In this document: piece after piece, positions 10,536-24,400 of the stretch
Layout: the number at the start of each line of letters is the position of its first letter
Numbering within the stretch: position 1 is the stretch's first letter
NCBI RefSeq assembly: GCF_009914755.1
Contig: NC_060929.1
Strand: one strand, 5' to 3'
Source: the human T2T-CHM13v2.0 reference genome, Homo sapiens
DNA: 64,000 nt
Notes under the pieces: generated by a model
What the model saw: the letters and a program-made list of their open reading frames with translations, nothing else
The model's database searches: none
What the model was told of the DNA's origin: nothing
Made by a program: the position numbers and the translations under genes

Positions 10536-13500
10536 CATATACATATCGAGAGACTAAGAGATTATTTCATTGCTCTCTAAGAATATTCTATAAGTCAGAA
10601 ATCACACTTCTGAATTTTCTGAGTTAACATATAGCATCTATCCATCATAGTGTTAGGTACTCCTAAAGTCTTCACACAGTTAAGATATCTTATTTTTAAT
10701 GGAACTTGTGTGCACGGCTCTACAGTTTTTCATATTTTGAAGGGGGGGAAATGGGAGATGCTCCAGTGAAATAATTTAGAAATGAGTATTGCTACTTGGA
10801 TTTTTCTGTTTTAAAAACATACTGTATAGAATAAATTAATTGTATGAATTCTCTCTCGGGAGAAAACATCAAATAGCCTTAACTCTGAAGAACACAATAA
10901 AGTTTGTGATTAAGTATATCTGTGATCATCTTGTCCAGAAAAGCCATAGACTTTTCAGATAAAAGCGATTACTCATGGAGTAAGACTTGTAATGTTTTTT
11001 TTTCTTAAAGAATGCAGGTGGTAGAATCATACTAATTGCCTAGAGAGTTACAGTTTTTGAAAATGAAATTGTACTCTCATCAGGCATTATACATATTGAA
11101 CAAGAAAGGCCAAACTGGATATACTCTTTTGAAAATTGCTGTATAAACTCTACTAGACATTAGAGTTTAGCTGATACATGCTAAGAGTAGTATTTTGCAT
11201 AAATATTCCACAATATTGAATGTGTTTTTCCTGCCTGTAATTAGAGCTCTGATTTACTGATAGAAATACTAACTATGGGATAACAATTAGAATGCATGCC
11301 TCATAATTGCCGGAATGTAAATCGAGTCTCTTGATTTAAAAGAAAATTAAATAAATACACAAGCACACATACACACACACTTTCTTGAAAGAAAGCACAA
11401 AATATTTTAAGGTAAAATATTAGCTATAAGCATATAACCTTTACAATTTCATTTGAATGAATGTGAATTAATTTAAGTTTTATATCTGTATATCCAACTA
11501 CTAGACATAACTTTAGGACAAGCAAACTATATGAAACCCAGATATTATGTACAAAATTCATGGATGTTTTTGTTTTCATAATGTAAGCCAGAAAAGACCA
11601 GGTTGATCAGTCCTCCCTGCTTTATACAATGAAGTATTTTAACTTCGGCTAACATTTGAATACATTTGTGAGCCTCACAGGAGGTACGTTTCTTCTACTA
11701 AAGCATTTGAGCAAGTTTCAGATTTTCACCCTGGCATGTACTTGACATGTTTTTCCTTTTGGGGCACAGAATGAGCAAACCTAAGAAAAAATTTCTAAGT
11801 TAGGCCAATTATAATTTCCTTCAAAGCAAACGGGCATTAATTATTCAGTGGCTTAACATCTAGTCATTTCTGAGAAAAGCAAGATGTGGTGTCAAAGTGC
11901 TTTGTGCCCTTGGTCCATGCTGTATTTTCTATGTATCCCCAAAGTAATCCTCATAGGGACAGGAAACCAGAAACTATATTTGATATACTTTATAAGGCTA
12001 TAAGTAATGAATTTGAAGGTTGCTGTGATTTCCTTATTTGGAAACCCATCTTTCTGAAATGACAGTAAATTAATTTTAGAATTAAACTACCCACTCTAAG
12101 TATTGAGAACTTCAAATGTTCAACTTCTTCACCTTGCAAATGCCAAGTTATTCCTCATATTTACATTATCATCATTGTTTAATTTTATAACTGTATTCTT
12201 CTTTTAATTGTTTTCAATAATGGCTACCTCTACCAAATATCCTCATTAATAATTAAGTTATGTAGGACTTTACAGTTTATAGGGTGTGAAATTAGATCAG
12301 TTTCATCTACATAAAATTAGAACAATTTAGAAAGTACTCTAAAATATATGTGAATGAAAAATTACCCAAATTTCTACCACTAGGCGTGTCATCATTTTTA
12401 AATGTTTTCTATTTATCACTGCATTGATCTTTTGATTACCCTAACAAGCAGTTATGAAAAGCAAATTTATCTCAAGTTGGTAAGTGATAACATGAGATGT
12501 ACAAGATGGTCAAGAACTGTTTAGTTATCAATTTGGTTAAAAAAGAAAAAAAAGTGACTTTTTGGTCTAAATTGTATTTGAGACAGGGCCAGTAGCTTCA
12601 TTTTGATCAGGTAGATATTCTGTTTTTGAAGGTTAGATGCTACTGGATGTAATATGTTGCTTTTTGTCACAATAATGAAGACTTTGAATGAAGAAAACAA
12701 TGATATATCTGAAAAGTTGTATATAATTTGTAAAACTACAGTTTTAAATCAAATTATCTGATCTGGCAAAGTGGAGGAGCAGGTAGAGGAGAAATAGAGG
12801 AGGGATAAAAAAAGGAGAAGGAGAAATGAAAGAATAATATTGGCCAAATAATGATTCTTGAATATTCCATATACTACATTTGACTCATATAGGGTTATTC
12901 AAGTCATGTTTAAACCTTTCTGGAATATATTTTGCTATTATGCCCCAGGAGATTATATGACTCCTGTGACATAATTCCGGTGAACTTTAAGAATGAGAGC
13001 CCTGGAAGTCTCTAAATGATGACTCATTGAAATGTAATGAGATAATGTTGTCTTATGACTAACCTGAAAGTACTTTTGCAACATGTAAAGTGTCAAAATC
13101 CATTAGAATATTGAAAGAGGGAGAAAAAATACAAGTAGGTTCTTTCTGTATACTTTAGTCAGTGTTGAGAATGAGAATAATAATTTTTAAAAGGGCAGCA
13201 GATTTACTTAAAACTTAAAAGTAACTACTGAAATACCGCTTTGGGTGTCCCACACCCTAGTCACAAATTAATTTCAGTCCTCAAATATAGCCAAATTGCC
13301 AACATGTCAGTTAACACAATATAACCTGTCATGTTGCCCACTGGGATGAGGAGTGATAGAGCTGGAGCCCACGGTGGCTGAACCTCATCATGCTTTGCCA
13401 GAAGAAAACAATGAACTTCTCAACCTCAGAGACACAAATGCTCTTTTTGATTTAATTCCAAATCAGCTAAGCTCTTTGGCATTAAATAAACCTTTTCACA

Positions 13501-14591
13501 GGCATTCTGTAACAACAATCATTTCCCAGGTTTGTTGTAATCATAATTCTCCACAAGACCTCAGCAAGCTTAAAAAGTATTTTCACATCTTTGCTGGAGG
13601 AATAGGCTTTTCTGTGTATTCATTCTGGGGAAGAGCATACCTGCACTTGTACTCAGTTTTGTATTTGAAAGTTGTAAAGATGGGCCTATTTTTTTTTTCC
13701 TTTTCTTCTTCTTCTTCAAAACATTCATAATGCTCATCTTTCTTTCCACAATTTGAAGAATACAATTGCTTTATTTCTAAAGCTCCTCTCTAAACAAATC
13801 CAAATTGTGGGATTCTAGAATTTAAACACCTTTTATATATTTGGGAAATATGCAAATGAAGGATTGGTGGGCTTGCATTACTATAGAAGTGAAATAAAGT
13901 CACCAGCCATGAAAATACAAGATAAAATGTACAACAAAGGGAAGCAGTGGCAGGGCAACAGAGAGAGAAGCCGAGGGAGATTGTGATTATTTACCCTGGC
14001 AGAGAGGACAGAACCACAAATAATGGGATGGAATGCTAAAATGAGAGAGGGAGAAAGAATCCTGATAGAATGTGGGTAAAAAATGTTCTGACAGAGAGAA
14101 TTGGATTCAGAAGTACTGTCCTAAGGGAGATGGTGGAAAATCCATTACTCAGTACATGAGTAATGGGACAGGACCCAGTCCTGGAGACTGTGTTGTAGAT
14201 AGTGATTCTGTATCAGCTCCCTGGGGAATGGACTAGAGGGTTTTGGAGCTAGCTTATTTCCGTCATTATTTTTGACCAGTTCCAAATAGCTTGACCATTT
14301 TTGAGTATATGTGCCTAGAAAAAATGAAGCTTACTGAAATTTCTGATAAAAGCAAAAAGAGAGGGTTATATTCCTTGCTTTTACCATTGGTAAAACTGAT
14401 TGGTGGGCCTAGGGACTATTATCAGGAGGAGGCAAGTAGGACACAATAATGACCTGAGTCCCAGTGGACTCAATGCCAGTACCCTGGCATCTAGGATCTT
14501 CCTCAGGTGACTCCGACGAGTTTGCCTCTGCTTGGAAGGAAGTCATCTCTCAAACCAATACTGGCTTTTTCAGTTGGCTCAGGTTGCCCTG

Positions 14592-15007
14592 TATATTAGT
14601 CCATTCTTGCATTGCTATGAAGAAATACATGAGACATGGCAATTTATAAAGAAAAGAAGCTTAATTGGCTCACAGTTCTGCAGGTTGTACAAGAAGCATT
14701 GAAGCTTCTCTTTGGGGAGGGAGGCCTCAGGAAGCTTCCAATCATGGTAGAAGGCAAAGGTGGAGCAGGCATCTCGAATGCCAGGAGTAAGAGCAAGGGA
14801 GAGGGAGGGTAGGTGCTACACACTTTTAAACAACCAGATCTCATGAGTAGTCACTGTCATGAAGACAGTACCAAGGGGGATAGTGCAAAACCATTCATGA
14901 GAAACCCACCCCCATGATCCAGTTACCACCCATCAGGCCCTACCTCCAACATTGGAGATTGGAATTCGACATGAGATTGGGTGGGGACACAGATCCAAAC
15001 TATATCA
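14592..15007 (-). mobile_element. MSTA-type MaLR solo LTR
   Basis: TATATTAGTCCATTCTTGCATTGCTATGAAGAAATAC...GGTGGGGACACAGATCCAAACTATATCA; 5-bp TSD CCCTG/TCCTG. Confidence 0.92.
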
Positions 15008-15289
15008 TCCTGATAGAGAGGAGATATTATCATATGTTATAGGAAATAAAGACCAAGAACCAATTTTCTTCTTACCTCTATTCCCCATAGACTATTAGAG
15101 TCGATGTTTCTCTTGAATGATTTTTGTCACATTGTAGTGGAATTAATTATGTTAATTAAGGCAACCAGAGTCCCCATTCTGATTTACCTACTATAGCTGC
15201 TACGTTTGACAGAATATGCACCAAAAATGCCTAATCAGATTCCTGTGGTCCAGGGAACAGGAGGCCTGCAGAGGTGAGAACACCACTTA

Positions 15290-15590
15290 TAGCCAGGTAA
15301 CACCCAGCAAGTGTCTTAATTTCTCGGAGTCAGTTTTGTCAATTTTAAAATGGCATTAGTGATTCTGTAAGAGGATTTCTGAAAAGTTTATGTCAATAAA
15401 TATCTGGCAGTGTGACTAGCATTTAGTAGGATCTCACAAACTAAGATTTCTAACTTTGGAAGCTGCCCTCAGAGAGTCACTGTTAGGTTTGTTTGAATGC
15501 ATTTTGTAAACTGTGTCCTGTGAGTGGTTCCTTCTTTCCCTCTCTGATCCTCAGTTTTCTTCATCTGGAAAATAAGGAGTTAGAAAGAGG
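15290..15590 (+). mobile_element. Two MIR fragments (~15290-15440 and ~15510-15590)
   Basis: GCAAGTGTCTTAATTTCTC...AGTCAGTTTTGTC and CCTCAGTTTTCTTCATCTGGAAAATAAGG. Confidence 0.6.
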
Positions 15591-15949
15591 GAAACTGTAA
15601 TATCAGTAAAGATCATATTCCTATACTTTTGGCGGCAATGTAAATAAATGTAGTAGAGGTGATGGGTAATTTGTTTATGGCCAAAATTAAAATATTAGTG
15701 ATAAAAATTAAAATGTATATCCCTAACCCCGGAAGCTCTATTTAATGATTATCGATTTTCTTCAAGCCTTTGTATGCCTAATTATACTAGCAGTAAACAA
15801 GAAGAGAGTAAATTGGATAACATTCTCCACACCTAGCCTAGCATGGAGACTTTGTTTTGGCAAAGCACTTCCTGTAACAACTGATCAATGGAACATATTT
15901 CGGGAAAAGATGATCTAGGAAGTAGGCAAAATTTGTACACAGAAATAGA

Positions 15950-16740
15950 GGAAATCACACTTATAAATTACTTTCTACATGCCAGGCTTCCTGGTAGGTG
16001 GAAGAAGACAACACAATGCATTCAGTAAGCACATGATAAATAAATGAGTGAATATTGTCCCATTTGATCCCCATATTAACCTTATGAAGTAGATATTGTC
16101 CTATTTTTTTTAAATGTAAGCTTCTGGAGGTATAGTCTTCATTCCAAAATTAGACAGGTCTGTTTTCCTCTCTCATGTGTGCTCTTCTTATTATACCATA
16201 CTGGACAAGGACGTCAGGTAGGGGCTTTGGGAGGCAGGGAGAGGAAGTGACTCTATTCCTGAAAGACTACCTAGGGATAGTTAACCGGGGAATTTATAAG
16301 ATTATAGTGGATTAAAGAGGGTGGACATAGACACATTCTTTAGCTTTTTGTATTCTTTTGGGGGAACCTGCACCTTAAAGTTTTTTAATGAATAGAGAAC
16401 AGATTTACATCACCTAACAGTTGATAAACACAGCACAGTCATAAGAAGTTATGCATGCTGGAAAAGTCTAAGCAGAAGAATAAATGTTTCATACTAATGA
16501 ATTGCATTTAGATAAATAAATGGGTAATGTTAAGAGTAGTAACTTGCCCGCTTGATCCCAGATACCTTAGCTACATTACAACACTATTCTCAAACTACTC
16601 ACTAATAAATAGTTGTACCTTTGTTTTATGGATAATTTAACTGAGACACAGAGAAGTTGAGCAGTTTGCCCAAGGTTCCTCAATGAATTAGCTGAGATTT
16701 GAATTCAGGTCCAATAAGTAAATTATCTATGCATTTTATT
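15950..16740 (-). mobile_element. MIR fragments (~15950-16200 and ~16570-16740) with a short L2-like tail
   Basis: CATTTGATCCCCATATTAACCTTATGAAGTAG and AACTGAGACACAGAGAAGTTGAGCAGTTTGCCCAAGG. Confidence 0.6.
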
Positions 16741-16919
16741 CTAGTGTGCTGTGATATAGGGGTGGGGAGAAGATCTTTAAAAGTGAAAGTCAAGGAGTGC
16801 CACAGTGAAATTACAAATTAGACTTTTGTGCTACAGGCTAATGGACTATGTTGTCTGGGGTTTAAGGATATGTTCTGGGGAATACTATGTGCATGCTAGG
16901 AAGGTATGTTAGTATGTGG

Positions 16920-17030
16920 GAGAGAAAAAGGGAAACAGAGGGCGAAAGAGAGGTAAGGAGAGAAGGGGAGGTCAGGGAAAAGTAGGGCAGAGAAGAGAAA
17001 AGTAGGGGAGAAGAAAAAGCAGGAAGAGGG
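16920..17030 (+). repeat. GA-rich polypurine low-complexity tract
   Basis: About 110 bp of almost pure A/G. Confidence 0.75.
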
Positions 17031-18840
17031 CTCCATTTATTAAAAGGCTATTTATCATGCATTGTTAATGTTAGTTTTGAAGGTAGATAACCAATAACCC
17101 ACGCTGTGAAGGGTAGTAAATTAATGCTGGTGGATTTTCAAAGCTAGAATCTCTCTCTTTTGCAAATGTGGGCATTTCATTCAGAAGTCCCTCATGCATC
17201 TCAGCTCCCACATTTTAAATTAAATTTCCTTATTACTTTTTAAGTAGCTTGTCATGGATTATTGAGTATTTACTGTATGTTTATACTGTAATTCTCTGAA
17301 ATGACATACAGTAATTGCTTTAGCTACTGCATCTGATGTCTAATTACTGTAAATGCATGTAAAGAAGTAATTAAATGGAAAAAAATAAACTTTTCCCTCC
17401 TAACTTTGTATTACAGAAAAAGCAGAGGATGCTAGTTCTTTCTCTGATTTTTGGTAAAAGTAAACTCAGGTGCAAGCAGAGTGATGAACAAGTCGCTCAC
17501 GTGTTCCAGCCTACTTCCACTGGAGATGGCAGAGTGGCCCTGCTTCTGAGCATGAGTTGGGAACTCAAGCTGCCTCCTTCCATGCCCTAAAGTTAAACCA
17601 AGGCTTTCTCTTTTCAAACATGTTTCTTGTACACCTTACAATTCTAATCCAAAATGCAACAGGCTATCTCAAAACATTTTGCATAAAGCAGGCCTCTAGA
17701 AGTTTCTCATACAATTGTATATTTTTAAGAAGCTCAAAAAAGTGTCACAGAAACAAACAAAACCCCACAACATTTTGATAAATTTTTTGTTCAATTTTGC
17801 AGAGTTTGGTTACTTTTTAAGTGAATGGCAAACAGCAGCCCTTCTAACTGTTTAGGGTTATACAAATGATTGTGAACAAGATGATGATAGAACCTAGTAG
17901 TACAAACCTAAACTGGGAGTTTCAGGGGTGAGGGTTTATTTTAACATCAAAAACAACAGCACTCTACTGCTTAGTAAATGCCAAAAGTTGTCAAATAGCA
18001 TTTTTTTTTCCACAGGAAAAGAAATCACAGCAGGATGGACTTAAAGCAAGATCTGAAATTAAAGACTGCATTATTCCTCTCATCCTTCCAAGGGCAGGTG
18101 AACACAGAGGGGCATTTTCTACCACTGAGCTAATAATAAAGGCAGACACAAAGAGCCCATTGCAATCTTACTGCTGGTAAAGTTAAGTTGATCCAATCTT
18201 TTTCTGACCTTTTGAATTGCCAATTGGAAAAGCACACACAAATGGCCCTCAGCTGAGAAGCAGCTCAGTGAGTGTTCTGGACAACCCGTGGTCATCCCCT
18301 TGAGCAAGGAGTTTGAAAAGGGACAAGATCTGTATTCTGCCTTTAAGATCTGGAGACTTTCCACTCAGTGGTTTAGTCTGGAAGTGCATCCCTTCCTGCT
18401 GTCAGTCTAAACTAGACTCCATTATTTACCTCCCTTTTGAGTGCAATAGAAATACTCTGTTTCTGCCCCCAGGCTGACAAATCTGAAGCTGCAAGAAGCC
18501 AATCGTGTGAACTTAGTAATCAATTTGATTAATGTGAATAAAGTTGGCATTTTGCCTCCTTTATGACTGGGTAAAATTAATGCTAAACATCAGGAGAAGG
18601 TGTCCCTCAGCTAAACTAAAGAATTGGAGCAGAAGAGGGAAATCCTTGGGATTCTATCACAGTGCTTAGCAAACCTAGATTTATAACCTTTTCTTCTTTG
18701 GCAAGATGCTCTACATATGAACGTTAAAAACAGCCTGCACACAATGCTTCATAGTCTTCTTTCCTATCCTCATTCTTCAATTCCCTGAAGTAACCCTTTG
18801 AGGCACTTTTTTGGTATCCCAGGGCTTTTTGGAATACAAT

Positions 18841-19144
18841 TTTATTTTATTTATTCATTTATTTGAGATGGAGTTTCGCTCTTGTCGCCCAGGCTGGAGT
18901 GCAATGTGATTTCAGCTCACTGCAAACTCCGCCTCCTGGGTTCAAGCCATTCTCCTGTCTCAGCCTCCTGAGTAGGTGGGATTACAGGTGCCCGCCACCA
19001 CACCTGGCTAATTTTTGTATTTTTAGTAGAGATGGGGTTTCACCATGTTGGCCAGGCTGGTCTGAAACTCCTGACCTCAGGTGTTCCACCCACCTTGGCC
19101 TCCCAAAGTGCTGAGACTACAGGTGTGGGCTACTGTGCCAGGCC
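18841..19144 (-). mobile_element. Alu, AluSq/Sp-like
   Basis: GAGTTTCGCTCTTGTCGCCCAGGCTGGAGTGCAATG and CCTGACCTCAGGTG; ACAATTTT on both flanks. Confidence 0.96.
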
Positions 19145-19156
19145 CACAATTTTTAA

Positions 19157-19459
<303 letters not shown>

Positions 19460-19869
19460 TAAAAAGTTATTTTTAGAAGTAATGTATTCATTGACTTGTC
19501 TGGTAGTATGATTATTTATTTCTTCAATGAAAAGATATTTTTATATGCCAAGCAGTACTCATAATTTCTTTAAGGTTCAAGAGTAGCAGCCTACCTCCTC
19601 CAAAGACATTGCAAAAACAAAGCTGCCTGGATAATTCAGATGAATAGTCTTGTCCACAAACTTCTTTTCTGCTTATCACAAAAATTGAGATATTCAAGTT
19701 TAACTTACAGGTTCAATGTCAAAAAGAACGACCAGTGAATATTAGGGCAGTCACCAATCTAGTTCAATGTTATCTATACTTTTTTGAATAATGGATATGT
19801 ACCTTGAATGTCTTAGAACTCTATGGATGGAATTTGATGAATTCATCTTCATGGCAAGAAAATCATCAT

Positions 19870-20175
19870 TAGGTAGATAATAATAGCAAATATGTATTTC
19901 TTTTTTCTTCTATCCTTGACATATATATATATATTATGTGTTGACTTATATATGTTATATGTTGACGTATGTATAGTATATATGTTATGTGTTGACATAT
20001 ATATATAATATATACATGTTATATGTTGTTGCCATTTTATAGGTGAGTAATCTGAAACACAGAATGGTTCAACAACTTCTGCAAGATCACACAATTGTAG
20101 CAAATGGTAGTGACTGGATCTGAAAACAGGCAGATTAGCTGCCCTGCCTGGATTCATAACCACCACTCTCTATTG
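19870..20175 (-). mobile_element. MIR SINE interrupted by a TA-rich minisatellite (19916-20030)
   Basis: CCATTTTATAGGTGAGTAATCTGAAACACAGA...AAGATCACAC; four TTGAC-(TA-rich)-TTATRTG units upstream. Confidence 0.7.
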
Positions 20176-20399
20176 GCTCTGGAGATATGATCCAATAAAG
20201 AGTCCAACTCTGCCAAAGCAGCACCAAAACAACTAGATGCTGGCTACAGATGTAAATGAATTTGAGCAGCTAAAAGATACTTTACCCCTTCTGTTCTCTA
20301 ACCATCTCTCCTCCACCAGCCCACACAGATTCACATTAATGCAAAAATCTCCATTTGAACTGAAAGTGAACTTTCATCATTAGAGATTAATTTCTGTGG

Positions 20400-20720
20400 G
20401 TTTTGTTGTTGTTGTTGTTGTTGTTTTGTTTTGTTTTTTTGAGATAGGTCTCGCTCTGTCACCCAGGCTGGAGTGCAGTGGCGGTCTCCGCTCACTGCAA
20501 GCTCTACCTCCCGGGTTCACACCATTCTTCTGCCTCAGCCTCCTGAGTAGCTGGGACTACAGGCTCCTGCCACCATGCCCGGCTAATTTTTTGTATTTTT
20601 AGTAAAGATGGGGTTTCACCGTGTTAGCCAGGATGGTCTCGATCTCCTGACCTCATGAGATCTGCCCGCCTCAGCCTCCCAAAGTGCTGGGATTACAGGC
20701 ATGAGCCACCACACCTGGCC
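20400..20720 (-). mobile_element. AluY with tail converted to (GTT)n/(GTTTT)n
   Basis: GCAAGCTC..CCGGGTTCACACCATTC and GTGTTAGCCAGGATGGTCTCGATCTCC (Y-type); TSD AATTTCTGT. Confidence 0.96.
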
Positions 20721-23157
20721 AATTTCTGTATATTAAGCTGTGATGGGTTGGTGTTAAGAGCAACATGTTATAGATTTTAATTTAGGATAAACTGGTTTTG
20801 AAACATTTTGATCCAGTTGTACTATTGAGCATATGCTGTATTACAACAACTATGCTAAGATCTGTGTGTGTGTGCAAAAGAGCTTGGATGCCCCACAGGC
20901 AATACACACAACAACACAATTTTATCTTTACAATCCAGGCTTTTGAGGATTCCAGGACTCAGAAAGATTTAGATTGAAAGTATATATGATTGAAGGGAAA
21001 AAGGGCTCCCAATACAAGCAACATACTATTTCATTTGAATAGGAAGAGTCTCATTTTGCTTAGAGATGATAGTTGATGGGAGTGGTGGTTAGGGGGGTAG
21101 GCTTCATAGAGAAGGTGAAGTTTGAATTGATCCTTGAAAGGCAGACATATTTTTGTGAGTTGTGAGGGTGTATTATCAGAGTAGTTAGTTCTAGGAACGA
21201 AGTTAGGTCAAGGGTAAGGCTGGAACGACTCTCATTGTTCATTGCTTTTCTGTGTGTCTCGTAGTCTTATTTTCATAATGATTTAATGTGCTTTAGTCTG
21301 TATCAGTCATGGGACATTGGCAAATAACAAACCACGTTAGGCTGCAAAAGCAAGTTACAAAAGGCCTCCAAGATTGACTCCCTAACACCACCACAGAGCT
21401 GGCCTGCCTGGGGAGCTCTTTCTCCTACTACAATAAAGACACTGGGGAAACATGAAACTGCTGGCTCCACCCTATCTGTGATCTAGGAATCAAAAACCTG
21501 CTCCCAAATTTGTTGGATTTAAATTCAGATCTTGGTAGCCACTCTCCACCCAAGCCATTATGGTTTTCTTCAGCGCTGCCTTTCTTTCTTCCCATACAAT
21601 TCAGTTGTGAAATTGAGTTTCACAGTAGTGAACCTCACTGACAGAACATCATCGCATCCAGAACCCTCCATGAAAGGGAATCTTGGAGAGGTCATTTTTA
21701 CCTTTGTAGCCTCTGCAGTGCAGAGTCACTAAAAGGAAACTGGAATCGAGGTTTAGCAAGCCAATCTACTCTGTCATTGTCCGAGAAGTTATATCAACAC
21801 ATTACCTTCCACTATTTGAGAGAGGCCTTTTTTATGGAATCTCTTCTAGATGGTGGAGTTGGAGGAAACTGTAAAATAGAGATGTCACATGCCATACCAG
21901 ACATTGTGAATTGATCCTTTCACTTATACCAGTGAGCTGTAATAAGCAACCTCCAAATATTTGCTCCCAAAATTTGCTCCCAGAGTTGATGCATTAGCTA
22001 AAAATCTCTATGGCGTTTCTGGCCAAGGACATGGAATAATGTAGAAAGACAAGCCACAGAAAGTCAAAATAAGGCCCAGAAATATTGGGCATGCTAAATA
22101 AATGAAGGGTTAAGTCAAGCCTCATCACAGTTTTGTTTAAGGCTAACCCCAGAAATAAAAGTTTTATTTCAATCACTGCAATTATTTATACTTTCCTCAA
22201 TCGAGGAACATTATTCCTGAGGTCTTGGCTAGAACTTTATGCAGCCATAGAAAAAGTGGCACAATGACCTAGATGGAGAGAATGCATCTAACTTAACTGT
22301 GCCTGCATAATTGCTGGCAGCAAGCTGCATTCCTGCAATTAGGGCTCATCAGTCAGGCTGGCAGCTGCCCAGGACCATGCTAGCACACTCCATGGAACCT
22401 GTGGAGAGAGCCAGAGTGCAGGAGCTGGGAGACATTGTCAGGCTGCTTTCATCTGAGTTACAAGAGGAGCCACGTCTGGACCATGTGGATAATTGTTTGT
22501 TTGCTTTTTGTCACATTTGGAATCAATGTAAATAAACCCAATCTGCAAAAGAGAAAGCAAAAGCCCAAAGCACCTGGAGTATTTTGATGGAACTCAGGAA
22601 GCTGAAAGCTTGTTGGCAGCCATGAGGGGGAAAATGACAAATGCTGCACTAGGGGGAGCAGGGAAATGGATTGAATGGTCACTCCTTGACGGTGTTCCAT
22701 TCTGCAAATCTCTTGAGAGATTATAAGGACCCATGAATACACAGTCTCTGGAATGGAAGAAAGAGGTGATCTGCATTCAGGATGTGATTTAATTGCGCCA
22801 TATAAGACATAAAATATCTACCCTTAAAAATGTTGGCATTAAGTAATTTGTTTAAAAAGAGAAATAAATGGAGTGTTTATGTACACATAGAATGCAAATT
22901 CATGATAAAGGAAACAAAAATATAAACACCCAACACTTGTAAGACAGGAACAAAGCCTGTGAAGTGCAGAGTGGTATCTCCAGAACTCCTATGCAGGAGG
23001 GACTGGGCTCAAAAGCAGGGATCTGCCCGGAGTGGAGTTGAGGGGACTTATCTAAGAAGAGCACTTGCTGAAAGTTTTAGATAAGATTGGGGTGGGGGGA
23101 GCACTTGTCTCTAGTCCCTAATCAAGAAATGGAAAAGAAAAGAGTATATGTGAGCTA

Positions 23158-23457
23158 CTTTTTTTTCTTTTTGAGACAGAGTCTTGCTCTGTCGCCCAGG
23201 TTGGAGTGCAGTGGTGTGATCTCGGCTCACTGAAACCTCTGCCTCCCAGGTTTAAGGAATTCTCCTGTCTCAGCCTCCTGAGTAGCTGGAACTACAGGTG
23301 CCCACCACCAAGCCTAGCTAATTTTTTTTGTATTTTTAGTAGAGACGGGGTTTCACCATATTGGTCAGGCTGGTCTCAAACTCCTGACCTCAGGTGATCT
23401 GCCCGCCTTGGCCTCCCAAAGTGCTGGGATTTCAGGGGTGAGCCACTGCACCTGGCC
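23158..23457 (-). mobile_element. Alu, AluSx/Sz-like
   Basis: Full dimer; TSD GTGAGCTACTT at 23150-23160 and 23458-23468. Confidence 0.97.
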
Positions 23458-23867
23458 GTGAGCTACTTCTTTCCCCTCCTTCCCCATAGCTCAAGATCCT
23501 TTTAGTACTGCCACTGTTAGAGACTTTTTGGTACTACGTAGCTTGAAATGTTCATAAAATTATAGATCATGCCAAGTTTATCTCCGTAAGCCAAGGCCTT
23601 CCATTGTGTTAGCTTTTACACTCCCCAAAAGAAATTCCATGGCCCTATGTCCTTCCTCTTCAGAAATAGAGTGACCTCTTATTCCTGCCTTCATCTCTCA
23701 GAAAACATGCTGTTTTCTGGAAATAATCAAATATCTCTTCTTTGAAGCTTGTTCTGAATTTTTGACTACAATATTTTCCTCCAGGGATATCTTCAGCTAC
23801 AGGAACTGTAAATTTTAGCATTTTCTACTCTTATCAGTATTACCTGTTACCTTGTTCTCTTCCACCA

Positions 23868-24400
23868 ATAGTATTGAACAAACCAGCCATACTCTGAGAT
23901 TACAGAGAAAGTAAGAGACAGACACTGTCTTCAAGGAGCTCACAGTCTAGTGGGGGAGAAAGGCAAGTCAGAGAAGTTTGCAGTACAGTGTCATAGCTAC
24001 CAACCACAACTGAGGTTGGAGTGAGGTCTAACAGAGGATAAGGAAGAAACACTTTGCCTGGGAACATCTTCCAGGAAGTAACGTCTGAACTGGATAGTAG
24101 ACTGAGATAGTTAAGACTGTGAAGAAGAGAAGGGTGGTTCTGTCTGAAGGAACTGCAGATGAAGAGGTACAGAAGCTGGAAGGCATAGTCACCAGGGAAA
24201 ACAGTGCGATCACTGAGTGTTTAAGTTCAGCTACACCCCAGGGCTCCTGTGGAGGCTCAAAGGGTATTAGATAACGGCTGGGTCAGGAAGTGGTGCATGT
24301 GCCTTCCTGAGGAGTTCTGACTTTGTTCTAAATGAGGTGTTGAGAAATTACTGAAGGATTCGGAAGAGGAGAATGAAGGCTGTTTACTTCACTCTGCACT
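23868..24400 (-). mobile_element. L2 LINE 3' fragment
   Basis: CTTCAAGGAGCTCACAGTCTAGTGGGGGAGA...GACTTTGTTCTAAATGAGG...TTACTGAAGGATT. Confidence 0.75.

Noticed and set aside
13353-13730. 125-aa ORF in unique DNA
   Set aside because: GTG start, no recognisable domain, a low-complexity end from a T/TTC run, and no convincing splice sites.
21300-21800. Possible old ERVL/MaLR LTR, with an L2-like fragment at ~21020-21200
   Set aside because: The resemblance is too weak to assign a family or boundaries by eye.
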